A DNA stretch of 64,000 nucleotides from a bacterium. GTDB taxonomy: Bacteria; Zhuqueibacterota; Zhuqueibacteria; Residuimicrobiales; Krinioviventaceae. Shown in pieces: positions 51,511 through 62,263 of this stretch; positions within the stretch are counted from its first letter, which is position 1; each line of letters opens with the position of its first letter. The DNA lies in contig OY843751.1 in assembly GCA_963693055.1 (NCBI GenBank), positions 2,752,001 through 2,816,000 on the forward strand, written 5' to 3'. The position numbers and the translations under genes were made by a program. A model generated the notes under the pieces. The model saw nothing but the letters and a program-made list of their open reading frames with translations, searched no databases and was not told where the DNA came from.

Positions 51511-53970
51511 ATGGCAGACGAGTTAAATTTCAATCAGATTGAAAAGAAATGGCAAACAAAATGGGAAGAAACTGAACTCTACAAGGTTAATCTCACTGAA
51601 ACTGAAAAAAAACTGTATTGCCTGGTCATGTTTCTATATCCCAGTGGAGATAAGCTGCATATTGGGCACTGGTATAATTATGGTCCCACAGATACATGGG
51701 CCAGGTTTAAACGAATGCAGGGATATAATGTTTTTGAACCCATGGGCTATGATGCGTTTGGTCTACCAGCCGAAAATTATGCTATCAAAGTCGGTGTACC
51801 TCCACAGACAAGTACAGATAATAATATTAAATATATTCGTGGTCAGTTAAAAGCCATGGGCGCCATGTACGACTGGACCAAAGAGATCAATACCAGTTCT
51901 CCTGAATACTATAAATGGACCCAGTGGTTATTTTTGCAATTGTATAAAAATAATCTTGCTTATCGAAAAAAAGCTTCTGTGAACTGGTGTCCCGATTGCC
52001 AGACCGTGCTTGCCAATGAGCAGGTAATTGATGGTCTGTGTGAAAGATGCGATTCTGAAGTAGAAATGAAAGATCTTGAACAATGGTTCTTTAAAATCAC
52101 AGATTATGCTGAGAGACTGTTAGAAGGGCATGATCGAATCGATTGGCCGGATAAAACAATTGCAATGCAAAAAAACTGGATCGGCAAAAGCATTGGCGCC
52201 ACTATAAAGTTTAAAGTTGAAAATAAAGATTCAGAGATTGAAGTTTTTACAACACGTCCCGATACAGTTTTTGGTGTTACTTATATGGTATTGGCTCCTG
52301 AAAGCGAACTGGTATCTAATTTAACAACAAAAGATAATGAAGATGATGTAAAAGAATACATTAAACAGACCCGCAGGACAAAAGAGATTGATAGACTCTC
52401 AACTGAACGGGAAAAAACCGGAGTATTTACCGGGAGTTACTGTATAAATCCATTTACAGGAGATAAAGTCCAGATCTGGATCGCTGATTACGTTCTTGTT
52501 ACTTATGGAACCGGTGCAGTTATGGCTGTGCCTGCTCACGATGAACGAGATTTTGCTTTTGCAAAAAAATACAATTTACCCATCAAAGAGGTTATATCTA
52601 AAAAAGGAGAATCCTCTAAAGAAGAACTTGAAGCGGCTTATACAGATCCCGGTGTAATGGTAAATTCCGGACAATTTGATGGAACAGAATCTACAAAAGG
52701 AAAACAGGCTATTATCGATTATATGCAGGAAAATAACATCGGTAACGCCAAAGTAAATTATAAATTGAGGGACTGGTTGATTTCCCGACAGCGCTATTGG
52801 GGAGCACCAATACCTATTATTTATTGTGATGATTGTGGACAAGTACCGGTTCCAGAAGATCAATTACCTGTTAAATTGCCCCAGGATGTTGAATTCAAGG
52901 GTAAAGGTGAATCTCCAATGTTATCAAGTGAATCATTCCTGAACGCACCATGTCCAAAATGTGGGAAAATGGGTAAACGAGAAATAGATACGATGGATAC
53001 GTTTGTATGTTCATCGTGGTATTTTCTGAGATATCCAAATCCCGATATGGATGATAAAGCCTTTGATAAAGAACGTATTAACAAATGGTTACCCGTAGAC
53101 CAATATGTTGGTGGTGCGGAACATGCTGTAATGCATTTATTGTATGCACGATTCTTTACCAAAGCATTATATGATTTTGGTTTGATCAATTTTGATGAAC
53201 CATTCAAAAAGCTTGTGCACCAGGGTGTAATTACCGCTGCCGGTGCAAAAATGTCTAAATCTCGTGGAAACGTAGTGAATCCCGATTCATTTGTTGAAAA
53301 ATATGGCTCAGATACGTTCAGATTATATATGATGTTTATGGGCGCCTATGAAGATGGCGGTGATTGGAACGATGACGGAATTGCAGGCATATATCGGTTT
53401 ATTAAACGCGTTTGGAGATTAATTGAGCAGCTAACAGAAGAAAAACCAACAGGTAAGGATAAAGATGAGAAATATGCGCCTGTTGAGCGTCAATTACATT
53501 ATGCAATCAAGCATGCTACTCAGGATCTGGATAGGTTTCATTTTAATACTGCAATCAGTCGTATTATGGAACTGGTAAACGAAATCTATTTATATTTGCA
53601 AGAGGTGCCAATTCAGCATCAATATGAGGGATTATTAACTGATGTCGCGATTAAACTTGTTAAATTAATTTCACCATTTGCACCGCATTTATCTGAAGAA
53701 ATGTGGGAAAAACTGGGACAACCATACAGTGTGTTTAATCAGGAATGGCCAGATTATGATGAAGACAAGCTGGTTTTGGATACTATCAACCTGGGAATTC
53801 AGGTTAATGGTAAAATCAGGGCCCAGATTCAAACATCGGCAGATGCAAGTGATGATGAAATTTTAAAATTAGCTTTGGCTGATGATAAAGTATCTAAACA
53901 TATTGAAGGCAAGAACATTGTCAAAAAGTTTGTTGTTCAAAAGAAACTTGTAATTATTGTTGTAAAATAA
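51511..53970 (+). CDS. leuS: Leucyl-tRNA synthetase
   Basis: HIGH and KMSKS motifs, TTRPDT editing domain, GGAEHAVMHLLYARF. Confidence 0.97.
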   Translation: MADELNFNQIEKKWQTKWEETELYKVNLTETEKKLYCLVMFLYPSGDKLHIGHWYNYGPTDTWARFKRMQGYNVFEPMGYDAFGLPAENYAIKVGVPPQTSTDNNIKYIRGQLKAMGAMYDWTKEINTSSPEYYKWTQWLFLQLYKNNLAYRKKASVNWCPDCQTVLANEQVIDGLCERCDSEVEMKDLEQWFFKITDYAERLLEGHDRIDWPDKTIAMQKNWIGKSIGATIKFKVENKDSEIEVFTTRPDTVFGVTYMVLAPESELVSNLTTKDNEDDVKEYIKQTRRTKEIDRLSTEREKTGVFTGSYCINPFTGDKVQIWIADYVLVTYGTGAVMAVPAHDERDFAFAKKYNLPIKEVISKKGESSKEELEAAYTDPGVMVNSGQFDGTESTKGKQAIIDYMQENNIGNAKVNYKLRDWLISRQRYWGAPIPIIYCDDCGQVPVPEDQLPVKLPQDVEFKGKGESPMLSSESFLNAPCPKCGKMGKREIDTMDTFVCSSWYFLRYPNPDMDDKAFDKERINKWLPVDQYVGGAEHAVMHLLYARFFTKALYDFGLINFDEPFKKLVHQGVITAAGAKMSKSRGNVVNPDSFVEKYGSDTFRLYMMFMGAYEDGGDWNDDGIAGIYRFIKRVWRLIEQLTEEKPTGKDKDEKYAPVERQLHYAIKHATQDLDRFHFNTAISRIMELVNEIYLYLQEVPIQHQYEGLLTDVAIKLVKLISPFAPHLSEEMWEKLGQPYSVFNQEWPDYDEDKLVLDTINLGIQVNGKIRAQIQTSADASDDEILKLALADDKVSKHIEGKNIVKKFVVQKKLVIIVVK

Positions 53971-53991
53971 TTAATAATTTACATTAAAAAG

Positions 53992-54030
53992 AAAAAGCGA
54001 TTCATTAATAAATAATGAATCGCTTTTTTT
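53992..54030. terminator. Bidirectional terminator
   Basis: AAAAAGCGATTCATTA/TAATGAATCGCTTTTT. Confidence 0.85.
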
Positions 54031-54120
54031 ATATATACACACAAAAGGATAAACAGGGGATTAACTACACACACAAGTTAACATAACTATTATTATGCAT
54101 ATTATTCATAATATATCAGA

Positions 54121-55545
54121 TTATCCCATAACTTCTTTTATTGCGTCACGAGCTTTGGTTTTTAATGGTGATTTAAACTTTGACCAAACAATCTCTTCAA
54201 GGTTTTCAATGGCTTTGTCGTTTTCACCAATGCTTTTCAATGCTTTTCCAAGATAATATCTTGCAGTCAGATTGTGATTATTGATCTTTACTGCATCATC
54301 TAAAAAGCTGATACTCTCTGAAACTTTGTCAAGTTTAAACAAACTTTTACCAATCAATGTTAAAACCGAACTATCTTGTTTACCCATTTCAAAAGCATTA
54401 CGGGCTGATTGTCCAGAATTTTCATATTGTTCCGCTGCATCATAAATGATTGCTGCCTGCTTGAAAAATATTGGCCGACTGTCAGATTCATAAGCAATGG
54501 CTTTATTGATTGACATAATTGCGTCATCAAAATTTCCTGTACGTGCCTGACAAGATGCCAATGAAGCCCAAACCTCAACATCTGTTTCGCGGTATTTTAG
54601 ATATTCATTGTATCTTTCGATAGATTTTTCATATTTACCATCGATAAAGTATTGATATCCTTCAGCATACAGCAAATTTATATTTTCGGGTTCTTTGGTT
54701 CTTGCAAACTGTGTTTCTTCGGTTGGAATTACTATGGCTGATTGTGTTTCCTGCTTTTCCGGTACTTGAGTTTCCAGCTTTTTGATCATTTGATTCGCAA
54801 TTTCGATCATTTTTATATCTGTCGAAATTTTAGTTACAGCCCGGTAATATCGTATTGCGCTTTCCTGATCATTTAACAAGTTGTATAATTTACCCAAGCC
54901 TAGATAAGCTTTCGGCTCTTTGGGCGACAATTCAACAACACGATCAAAGCATTTTATTGCCTTTTCATATTTTGACAACATGCTGTACAAGGCACCTAGA
55001 TTGATCAATGCCTGGATGTTTTTCCGGCTTAGAAGCAAACCATTCCGTGTAAATTCTTCTGCTTTATCATATTTTTTTTGCTTGGAATATACACTACCCA
55101 GTACAAAATATGCTCTAAAATATACCGGACAAATGCGAATTGCTTCCAGACAGCAATCTATACCTTTGTCAGAATTTTGAGCTGAAAAATAACCAAGTCC
55201 GAGATTATAATGATAATCCGGATCAACGGGGTTAATTTCAATTGCACGCAACCATAATTCAATAGCTTTATCTACTTGCTTGCTTCTAATGGCTTCAAGT
55301 GCTTGTTTATTGAGCTCATCAGCCTCTTGTATAGTTGGATTAAAAATCCATGATATAATAGCCCTGTCTTCAAGCAGCTCAATTTCCTGAAGTTTTTCAG
55401 CACCTTTGAATCGTTCTTTGAGTAACTCAGCCAGAGAAGCGCGCTGCTCGTCTTCAGAAAGTAGTTGTAATTCCTGGTATTCCTGTATAAAGTCGGCTAA
55501 AAGAATCTCAACTTTAATTATTTTGTTTTTACTTGTCTCGGTCAT
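54121..55545 (-). CDS. Tetratricopeptide repeat protein
   Basis: Multiple 34-aa repeats with A...LG..Y...A...P. Confidence 0.85.
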   Translation of the reverse strand: MTETSKNKIIKVEILLADFIQEYQELQLLSEDEQRASLAELLKERFKGAEKLQEIELLEDRAIISWIFNPTIQEADELNKQALEAIRSKQVDKAIELWLRAIEINPVDPDYHYNLGLGYFSAQNSDKGIDCCLEAIRICPVYFRAYFVLGSVYSKQKKYDKAEEFTRNGLLLSRKNIQALINLGALYSMLSKYEKAIKCFDRVVELSPKEPKAYLGLGKLYNLLNDQESAIRYYRAVTKISTDIKMIEIANQMIKKLETQVPEKQETQSAIVIPTEETQFARTKEPENINLLYAEGYQYFIDGKYEKSIERYNEYLKYRETDVEVWASLASCQARTGNFDDAIMSINKAIAYESDSRPIFFKQAAIIYDAAEQYENSGQSARNAFEMGKQDSSVLTLIGKSLFKLDKVSESISFLDDAVKINNHNLTARYYLGKALKSIGENDKAIENLEEIVWSKFKSPLKTKARDAIKEVMG

Positions 55546-55602
55546 TGTCCATTTCTTCGATTTTTGTTATTTCCAGCTTTTAATATACATCATTATATAC
55601 AG

Positions 55603-57633
55603 TTATTCAAGCATTTTGCCGAATTGCACCAATAACTTTTTATTTTCATAGTAATTATAAGGTCCCGGATGAGGTCCTATATGATTTCTCATATGCGTTA
55701 CAACAATATTAGTTTCAGGAATAACTGCATTTACAACATTACCAGCTCCTGACATTACAAAGCCTCCTTCCTTTTCAAACAGCCACCAAAGAAGGCCATA
55801 ACTCCCACCATCGGAATCACGTATGCCATGATATTTCCAGATTTCCGGTTTGTCATGTGCATTAAAGTAATGATGTCCTTCAAATGTTCCATCACTTGCC
55901 ATGAGTTGACCAAAGCGATTAAATTCTCGTGCTGTGGTATACAATCCTGAACTGCATCGGGAACCTTTGTCAATAAATGCATAATGTTGAGCTGCATCAG
56001 AAAAATCGCCGGCTAAACATGGCAGCAATGGTAATTCATTTGTATAATCATAAACATACATCGTTTTTTCTGTATTTAATGGACCCAGTATTCTCTCATT
56101 TAATAATACTTCAAGATCCTTGCCAGCTGCTGCTTCAAGTACTCTTTCCAGAATATGCATACCCAGGGCTGAATATAAAAACACTTTACCCGGGTTATCT
56201 CTTATTTCTATGCGGGCAAGATCCAATGGTGGCACCATTACAATTCTACCATCAACCATATTGGCATCCGGTAAAAAAACTCCTGAAGTATGAGATGCCA
56301 GGTGTCTCAGTGTTACAGATTTGCGACTGAACGGCCCATTTCCATCAGATTTGAATGCCGGTAAAAATAAACCGACCGGTTCGTCTAATTTTATAAGACT
56401 ATCCTTCATCATAGACAACATCAAGGCTGAAATATAGGATTTTGTACACGAAAACAATGGCCACATTGAGTTTTCATTTATTTCAGATTCGGGTTTTTGA
56501 GGTTCAGTACCGGTAAAATACTTTTCATAAAGAATTTCAGGCCCTTTACTCACAATCAAAGCACCTGATGTTGGTTGCAATGCATCCATTGTTTTCAATA
56601 CAGCATTTTCCAAGTCAACAATATCCGGATCATTAGCATTAAAAACGATTGGCTGCCGAGTATAATCTGCTATCGCATTATAAACCATTTCATCATCATT
56701 TTTACCATTAAATTCAAATGGATAATGTTGATTCAATTCCAGGTTCATATAACCCCATGAACATTTATTTTCAACACATGCGCGCAACGCATTAACAGCT
56801 TTAATTCCTGTTTTAGCATCTTCGTTACATACAATAGGCTTATCAAAAACTTGAAGCGCTTTTATCCTCTCAGGGATTGTTTCGGCAGGCGTATTATTAA
56901 AATGCACAAGTATATAGTCGCATGCTTTGGCCAATTGAGGATTCATCTTGCCATCACCCAATCCGCTAGTGGAAACCAGCAATTCATTGCTAATTCTTTT
57001 GGCAATATCTATTAGCTCAAGTTGCCCTTTAACTGTTTTAATTATCTCATGGTCATAGCCAGAATGCGGGTATTCATTAGCAATTTCCAGCAAAACGTTG
57101 CTATGTTGATTATCAGACACCCATTTACAAACTTTAACAACTGCATTTTTCACAGCATTAGCATCCTGAAGAATCTGGTCCTGTCTTTGATAAAAGCAGC
57201 CCAATATAACTACCATTTCATTTTTGCTGCAAGCTCGGATAACTTTGTCGACACGTTTCATGTATTCGTCATCCAGCTCTCCGTTTTTATCAAAGGCTGA
57301 ATTCACTGCTCCCTCATATCCCGGCATTCCGCCTTGAAGATTTAGCGTGAATGCTGTAACTCCTTGCTGTTTATAGAGTTTTATTGATTGTATAAAGTTC
57401 TCCGTATTGGCTTCCGGAAAAAATTCTGGCTTTGATTTGTCAGCAAAAATGCTATTCACCATTCTTGTATTGAATAACAAACCTTTTGCCGGTGTATTTG
57501 GATTTGTAACATTGCCGTTAACTGTCCAGTCTTTGTCTTTAATTGCAACAACCGTTCTTGTTGTTGATTGACAACCAATCGTGACTATTAGAATTGTTAA
57601 CAAGAAAAAACTTGAAATATTTATTTTACTCAT
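55603..57633 (-). CDS. Lipoprotein fusing a GH5-like TIM barrel with a beta-lactamase-family serine hydrolase
   Basis: Lipobox TIGC; EIANE and VCNED acidic residues; SCTK (SxxK), LASHTSG and F.YS. Confidence 0.7.
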   Translation of the reverse strand: MSKINISSFFLLTILIVTIGCQSTTRTVVAIKDKDWTVNGNVTNPNTPAKGLLFNTRMVNSIFADKSKPEFFPEANTENFIQSIKLYKQQGVTAFTLNLQGGMPGYEGAVNSAFDKNGELDDEYMKRVDKVIRACSKNEMVVILGCFYQRQDQILQDANAVKNAVVKVCKWVSDNQHSNVLLEIANEYPHSGYDHEIIKTVKGQLELIDIAKRISNELLVSTSGLGDGKMNPQLAKACDYILVHFNNTPAETIPERIKALQVFDKPIVCNEDAKTGIKAVNALRACVENKCSWGYMNLELNQHYPFEFNGKNDDEMVYNAIADYTRQPIVFNANDPDIVDLENAVLKTMDALQPTSGALIVSKGPEILYEKYFTGTEPQKPESEINENSMWPLFSCTKSYISALMLSMMKDSLIKLDEPVGLFLPAFKSDGNGPFSRKSVTLRHLASHTSGVFLPDANMVDGRIVMVPPLDLARIEIRDNPGKVFLYSALGMHILERVLEAAAGKDLEVLLNERILGPLNTEKTMYVYDYTNELPLLPCLAGDFSDAAQHYAFIDKGSRCSSGLYTTAREFNRFGQLMASDGTFEGHHYFNAHDKPEIWKYHGIRDSDGGSYGLLWWLFEKEGGFVMSGAGNVVNAVIPETNIVVTHMRNHIGPHPGPYNYYENKKLLVQFGKMLE

Positions 57634-57646
57634 CCTTCGTTCCATT

Positions 57647-58630
57647 TTAGCAAAATTTGCCGTCAGTGTAATCTTTACGAGCCCAGCATAGTGCATGTGG
57701 TCCTGCAAGATGTGCCATTCTTCCTTCAAGCGATTTATTAGATGAATCTACGTTCTCAAGACCAGCCAATTCGATTACCAACGCCACATTCTCTTCAAGT
57801 GTCTGAATTCCATAATGACCTATTAGGGCAGTTGCGATCCCCGGCTGTGACAAGGCATAACTCATTAATTCTCTTGCAGAAGCTTCTTTACCTACAATAT
57901 CCCGCATGACTTTCATGGCGAGTGTGCCAATTTTTCGTTGTCTCGCTGAGGGCAAGGCAACTTTAGCAAAGTCACCATATTGCGTAGGATTCATTGCCAG
58001 AATACAAACATCCGGATCCAATTTTTCAATAAATTCTCTGGATTTTTCTGCACTATTCATACTTGAAAAACCAATATTTCGGGCAACACCTTGTTCCTTG
58101 AGTGACCGCATCTTGTTATAAACACCTTGTTCAATACTTGAAATGTCCTCATTGGAATCAATGCTGTGTACCATCAACACATCAACATAATCAGTCTTTA
58201 AATCTTTTAAGCTTTTTTCAAACTCTTTCATTGCACCATCTACATCACGTGAATCAAATTTTGTAGAGATATATACATCTTTTCTGTATTTTGGCAAAAT
58301 CAGCCCCAAACGCTGTTCGCTGCTCATAGATGCATTAAATAAATAAGATGAGCTGGTATCAAAATAGTTAACCCCCAATTCAATGGCACGTTCAAGCAAC
58401 GGTTCCCATTCACCATCAGGATTTTTCAAGAATTGTGAGCCACAACCAAATGATAACATTGATACTTCAAGTCCGGTTGCTCCCAGAGTTCTTTTAGGCA
58501 TTAAAGCTGTTATAGTTTTTTGTTGAGACTGTTTTTTTACACAACCTGGTACCATTGAAACCGCTGCAGCTGTACTTGCGGTTTGTATAAACTGGCGTCT
58601 GGAAATATGATGATTATTTTCATTAAACAT
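57647..58630 (-). CDS. Tat-exported aldo/keto reductase
   Basis: SRRQFI; RTLGATG, GVNYFDTS..Y, STK, SLKDLKTDYVD, IGFSS. Confidence 0.88.
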   Translation of the reverse strand: MFNENNHHISRRQFIQTASTAAAVSMVPGCVKKQSQQKTITALMPKRTLGATGLEVSMLSFGCGSQFLKNPDGEWEPLLERAIELGVNYFDTSSSYLFNASMSSEQRLGLILPKYRKDVYISTKFDSRDVDGAMKEFEKSLKDLKTDYVDVLMVHSIDSNEDISSIEQGVYNKMRSLKEQGVARNIGFSSMNSAEKSREFIEKLDPDVCILAMNPTQYGDFAKVALPSARQRKIGTLAMKVMRDIVGKEASARELMSYALSQPGIATALIGHYGIQTLEENVALVIELAGLENVDSSNKSLEGRMAHLAGPHALCWARKDYTDGKFC

Positions 58631-58648
58631 GTTGTTCTCCTGTCCAAT

Positions 58649-61177
58649 TTAAAATGCAAGTAAAAAGGTCCTGAGTTGGTTTTTGCCGATTTCAAAAGTA
58701 AAGCTGTGTTCGTCTAATGAAACAGGACTTTTAAAATCTATTTGTTTCTCTATATGATTTGTTTCATTTATTGATCTGAGAGGACCTGGTAAATTAACTG
58801 TCACTTTGCCATCCCTCCCTTGCGTTTCAAAAATTCGTAAAACTAAATTGTTGGGATTCCAGTCACCTTGCTGCACCTTGATTACCGACAAAACCACATG
58901 ATCACTCTCGATACTGAAAAAAGAATGTTCAGCAGGTAAACTTTTTTGGATGGATTGGAGAGGAGCACGTTTTCCCGGTAAATCTCCAGTGTGCAGATTC
59001 TCCTGCTTTACGAGCAGTGGGCGATTAAATTCAAGAGATTGTTGAAACACATTTGCTTGCTTCCAATCACCTTGATGCGGATATACAGCATAGCCAAACG
59101 AGTGTACTCCCTCGTCCATTCTGGGATCCATATCACGTGCACCATGAACCACAGATGCTGATAATGTATTTTTGTTTACGTCAAATCCATATTTTCCATT
59201 GTTAAGTAATGCAAAGCCAGTCTGCTCAGTAGATAGATCGATCCAGTTTTGTGCCGGCCAAACAATACCATCTTTTTTTCTTTCAATATAACCATAGGGT
59301 TGTTCAAAAACCGCTATACCATTATCAATTGCAGTAGGAAACGAAACTTTGAGTAATTTATCATGCTCATGCCAGTCAACTGTCATCTCGAATTCAATTC
59401 GGGCAGAATGTGATTTTAATATCAATTTTCTTACAATTGATGAAGTATTGTTGATATAATCTGTCCATTTTAAGATGATTTTTGCAGGTCCATCACATAT
59501 CACCTGAGGTGTATTGTTTTCAGGCTTTATTTCATCTAATTTATCAGCAATGTTCAAGTTCCAACTGCTACTATTTTGTTCAACAAAAAGATTTAAAACA
59601 TTACCTTTTCCTTCTAAAATGGATTCACCAGATAAAAGATTTATTATATCAAGCTCTCCATGAGAGTCCCATGATATCTTGAAAAAATGATTTGAAACGG
59701 AATAGGTGGTATATTTTAAATCTGAATTCAAAAGAACTGGTTTTGCATTAACAACCCGATACATTTTATAACCAACCGGTGGTATATTTTCAGCAAGGAA
59801 AGACACATTTGCTGATAAACCATCTTGAGCTATATCATTAATCTGAAATAAAACAGGATTCCCGGATGAATCCATGATGCTGAAATCTTTGGTATTACGA
59901 ATAAATTCTATAGATGCATCTACAACATCAGTCCGTTTCCAGGATAAAGGATTATAAACAACCAAGGGGATTCCCTCACCTCGGGTATCAATGCGTGATC
60001 CTATGACCTCTAATCCATATTTTAATAACCTATTACCTTCCTCGTCAAGATGCTTGTAATCGTTTAAAGCATCATCAAATACATCTCCAATGGATGTGCC
60101 GGGTAGAATATCATGAAATTGGTTTAGTAAAATTATTTTCCATCCATCTCTAAAATCTACTCGAGGAAACAAGGGCTTTTTTTGCAGCATTGTACCAATT
60201 GTTGCAAATGTTTCAGCCGTAAGAAAAAGGTTTTCCATATCCCGGTTGGCTTTTTTGATACGTGCCTGTGAAACAAATGAACCTCGCCATTGGCTGGCAA
60301 AATTTGAATTTTCTTCGCCAAAAAGTCCCAATTCGCCGTGGTATGTATCAAATTTTTTATTTTTAACATCCAACTCTTGAAAATATGTTTCTGGAGTTAC
60401 ATACCTGAATTTATATTCGGGATGTTCTTTTTTTAAGCGCTCCATATTATCAATATCGGGCTTACGGGGACCGCCGCCATGATCACCCTCACCAAACAAC
60501 ACCATTACTTTATCAATATCCGAGATTGCTGACCAGGTATCTGCAATCTCTAACAATTTATTATCAATTTTCACATTATAATGATGCGGTGCCTTGTAAG
60601 CCAACACCTGAGAACCATCCGGACTCTGCCACCAGAATACTTTTTTATCATTCGGAGCTCCCCTGCCAAATACATAATATTGGATTCCGCAACCGCTGTA
60701 AATCATAGGCAAAGTTAGCGCTTGCCCGCAAAAAGAATCCGGAACCCAGGCAATATTTACAGGATCAATATTGAGATACTTTTCATTGAATTCGTTTCCA
60801 ATCAGGAATTGGCGAATCAATGATTCACCGGAAGGTAGAATGGCATCTGGTTCTATCCATTGTCCCCCGGTTACAGACCAGCGTCCCTCTTTATTTTTTT
60901 GTTTCATGAGCTCAAACAAGCCAGGGTATTTAATTCTTGCAATATCATATAGTGCCATTTGACTCTGAGCAAATGTAAGATCGGGTACAACGTCCATCAT
61001 TTTTATGACACCTTCAAACGTATCAGGAGTTACCCGATCTGCAGTTTCATTCAAACGCCATCGATATGCCATATCAATATGAGCATTACCAACGAGATCA
61101 ATTTCCCGCTTGATATCACTACCATAAATATTTGTGATTATTATTATAAAGACAAAATATTTCAAAATATTCTTCAT
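58649..61177 (-). CDS. GH38 alpha-mannosidase
   Basis: AHID..Y.W, GESLIRQF, W.PDSF, GDHGGGP, NQFHDILPGTSI. Confidence 0.92.
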   Translation of the reverse strand: MKNILKYFVFIIIITNIYGSDIKREIDLVGNAHIDMAYRWRLNETADRVTPDTFEGVIKMMDVVPDLTFAQSQMALYDIARIKYPGLFELMKQKNKEGRWSVTGGQWIEPDAILPSGESLIRQFLIGNEFNEKYLNIDPVNIAWVPDSFCGQALTLPMIYSGCGIQYYVFGRGAPNDKKVFWWQSPDGSQVLAYKAPHHYNVKIDNKLLEIADTWSAISDIDKVMVLFGEGDHGGGPRKPDIDNMERLKKEHPEYKFRYVTPETYFQELDVKNKKFDTYHGELGLFGEENSNFASQWRGSFVSQARIKKANRDMENLFLTAETFATIGTMLQKKPLFPRVDFRDGWKIILLNQFHDILPGTSIGDVFDDALNDYKHLDEEGNRLLKYGLEVIGSRIDTRGEGIPLVVYNPLSWKRTDVVDASIEFIRNTKDFSIMDSSGNPVLFQINDIAQDGLSANVSFLAENIPPVGYKMYRVVNAKPVLLNSDLKYTTYSVSNHFFKISWDSHGELDIINLLSGESILEGKGNVLNLFVEQNSSSWNLNIADKLDEIKPENNTPQVICDGPAKIILKWTDYINNTSSIVRKLILKSHSARIEFEMTVDWHEHDKLLKVSFPTAIDNGIAVFEQPYGYIERKKDGIVWPAQNWIDLSTEQTGFALLNNGKYGFDVNKNTLSASVVHGARDMDPRMDEGVHSFGYAVYPHQGDWKQANVFQQSLEFNRPLLVKQENLHTGDLPGKRAPLQSIQKSLPAEHSFFSIESDHVVLSVIKVQQGDWNPNNLVLRIFETQGRDGKVTVNLPGPLRSINETNHIEKQIDFKSPVSLDEHSFTFEIGKNQLRTFLLAF

Positions 61178-61179
61178 GG

Positions 61180-62244
61180 TTATTCTGCTTTCCGTAAAAG
61201 TAATTCCATATCGTATCCGTTATCAAAAAAAATCATTTTATTGTCTTTAAGCATTTCTAGAATAGCATTCACAGGTGTAGCGATAGTTATTCCATAATTT
61301 AGAAAACGTACATGGCGGTTATATATATCCTGTTGATATAGTGTATTATTGTCATAATGACCGGATGCCGGATCCGGTACCAGCACATTATACAAATCCG
61401 CTGTTGCACTGGTTGCAATACCCAGGATCTCAAAATTGGGTACCCCCTGTTTAACACCTACAATCAAACCTCCACTAAATCCGTAATTAAACATGGTATC
61501 AATCAAAAAATTTCTACGATTGTTACGATCAGGTTCAGATATCATTCCCTGTGTTAGCATTTTATACCCTTTGGGGTACCCTGCGAGATATACCAATGTT
61601 CCCCACTCGAGTTTTGAAGAATCTCCAAAAGGATAAGGTATTGCAGGTACAAGATATTGTTCATCGTCTTGTAGTTCCAGCCCAAGAACAATTATATCGT
61701 TTTGAGGGTCCTGAGCTAAAATATTCAAAGTCTTGTATTCAGGCATATCCGACGAGTAATGCTTTTCACTTTGCTTAATCGAAATGCTTGAAACAAATTT
61801 TTCACCGTTACCTGAATCAAAATAGGTAACAAGTGTATCCGGATGATTAAAAATATGCGCACTGGACAATATAGCAATGTGTTTATTGTAATTATAGATA
61901 ATTGTTCCTGTGCCGTATGCAGATACATTATCGTACTTTATAGATTGAGCATTGTCATTGTTTGTATCTATTGTGGCAATATTTGATCGTATAATTTTAG
62001 ACTCGGGTTCAAAAAAAATCGTTCGATAGTTTGCAGATGAATTCATAACAATTATAGATCGAAGCAAAGTTTTAAAATAAGGAACTTTTGATCCGGTTGG
62101 AACCCGGTAGTCATAAACTGCTTGTGAAAGCTCGATATCTTTATTTTGTACTACATTACTGCATTGAAAAATAAGAACAACCGCGATAAATATGTAAATT
62201 ATTTTAAATTTTAAATCCATAAATATCCTGATATTGATATCCAT
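61180..62244 (-). CDS. Trypsin-like serine protease lipoprotein
   Basis: GTG, SSAH, ND.I.L, GYP and GFSGG triad motifs. Confidence 0.7.
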   Translation of the reverse strand: MDINIRIFMDLKFKIIYIFIAVVLIFQCSNVVQNKDIELSQAVYDYRVPTGSKVPYFKTLLRSIIVMNSSANYRTIFFEPESKIIRSNIATIDTNNDNAQSIKYDNVSAYGTGTIIYNYNKHIAILSSAHIFNHPDTLVTYFDSGNGEKFVSSISIKQSEKHYSSDMPEYKTLNILAQDPQNDIIVLGLELQDDEQYLVPAIPYPFGDSSKLEWGTLVYLAGYPKGYKMLTQGMISEPDRNNRRNFLIDTMFNYGFSGGLIVGVKQGVPNFEILGIATSATADLYNVLVPDPASGHYDNNTLYQQDIYNRHVRFLNYGITIATPVNAILEMLKDNKMIFFDNGYDMELLLRKAE

Positions 62245-62263
62245 ATTAAATCGGAAAGGATTG

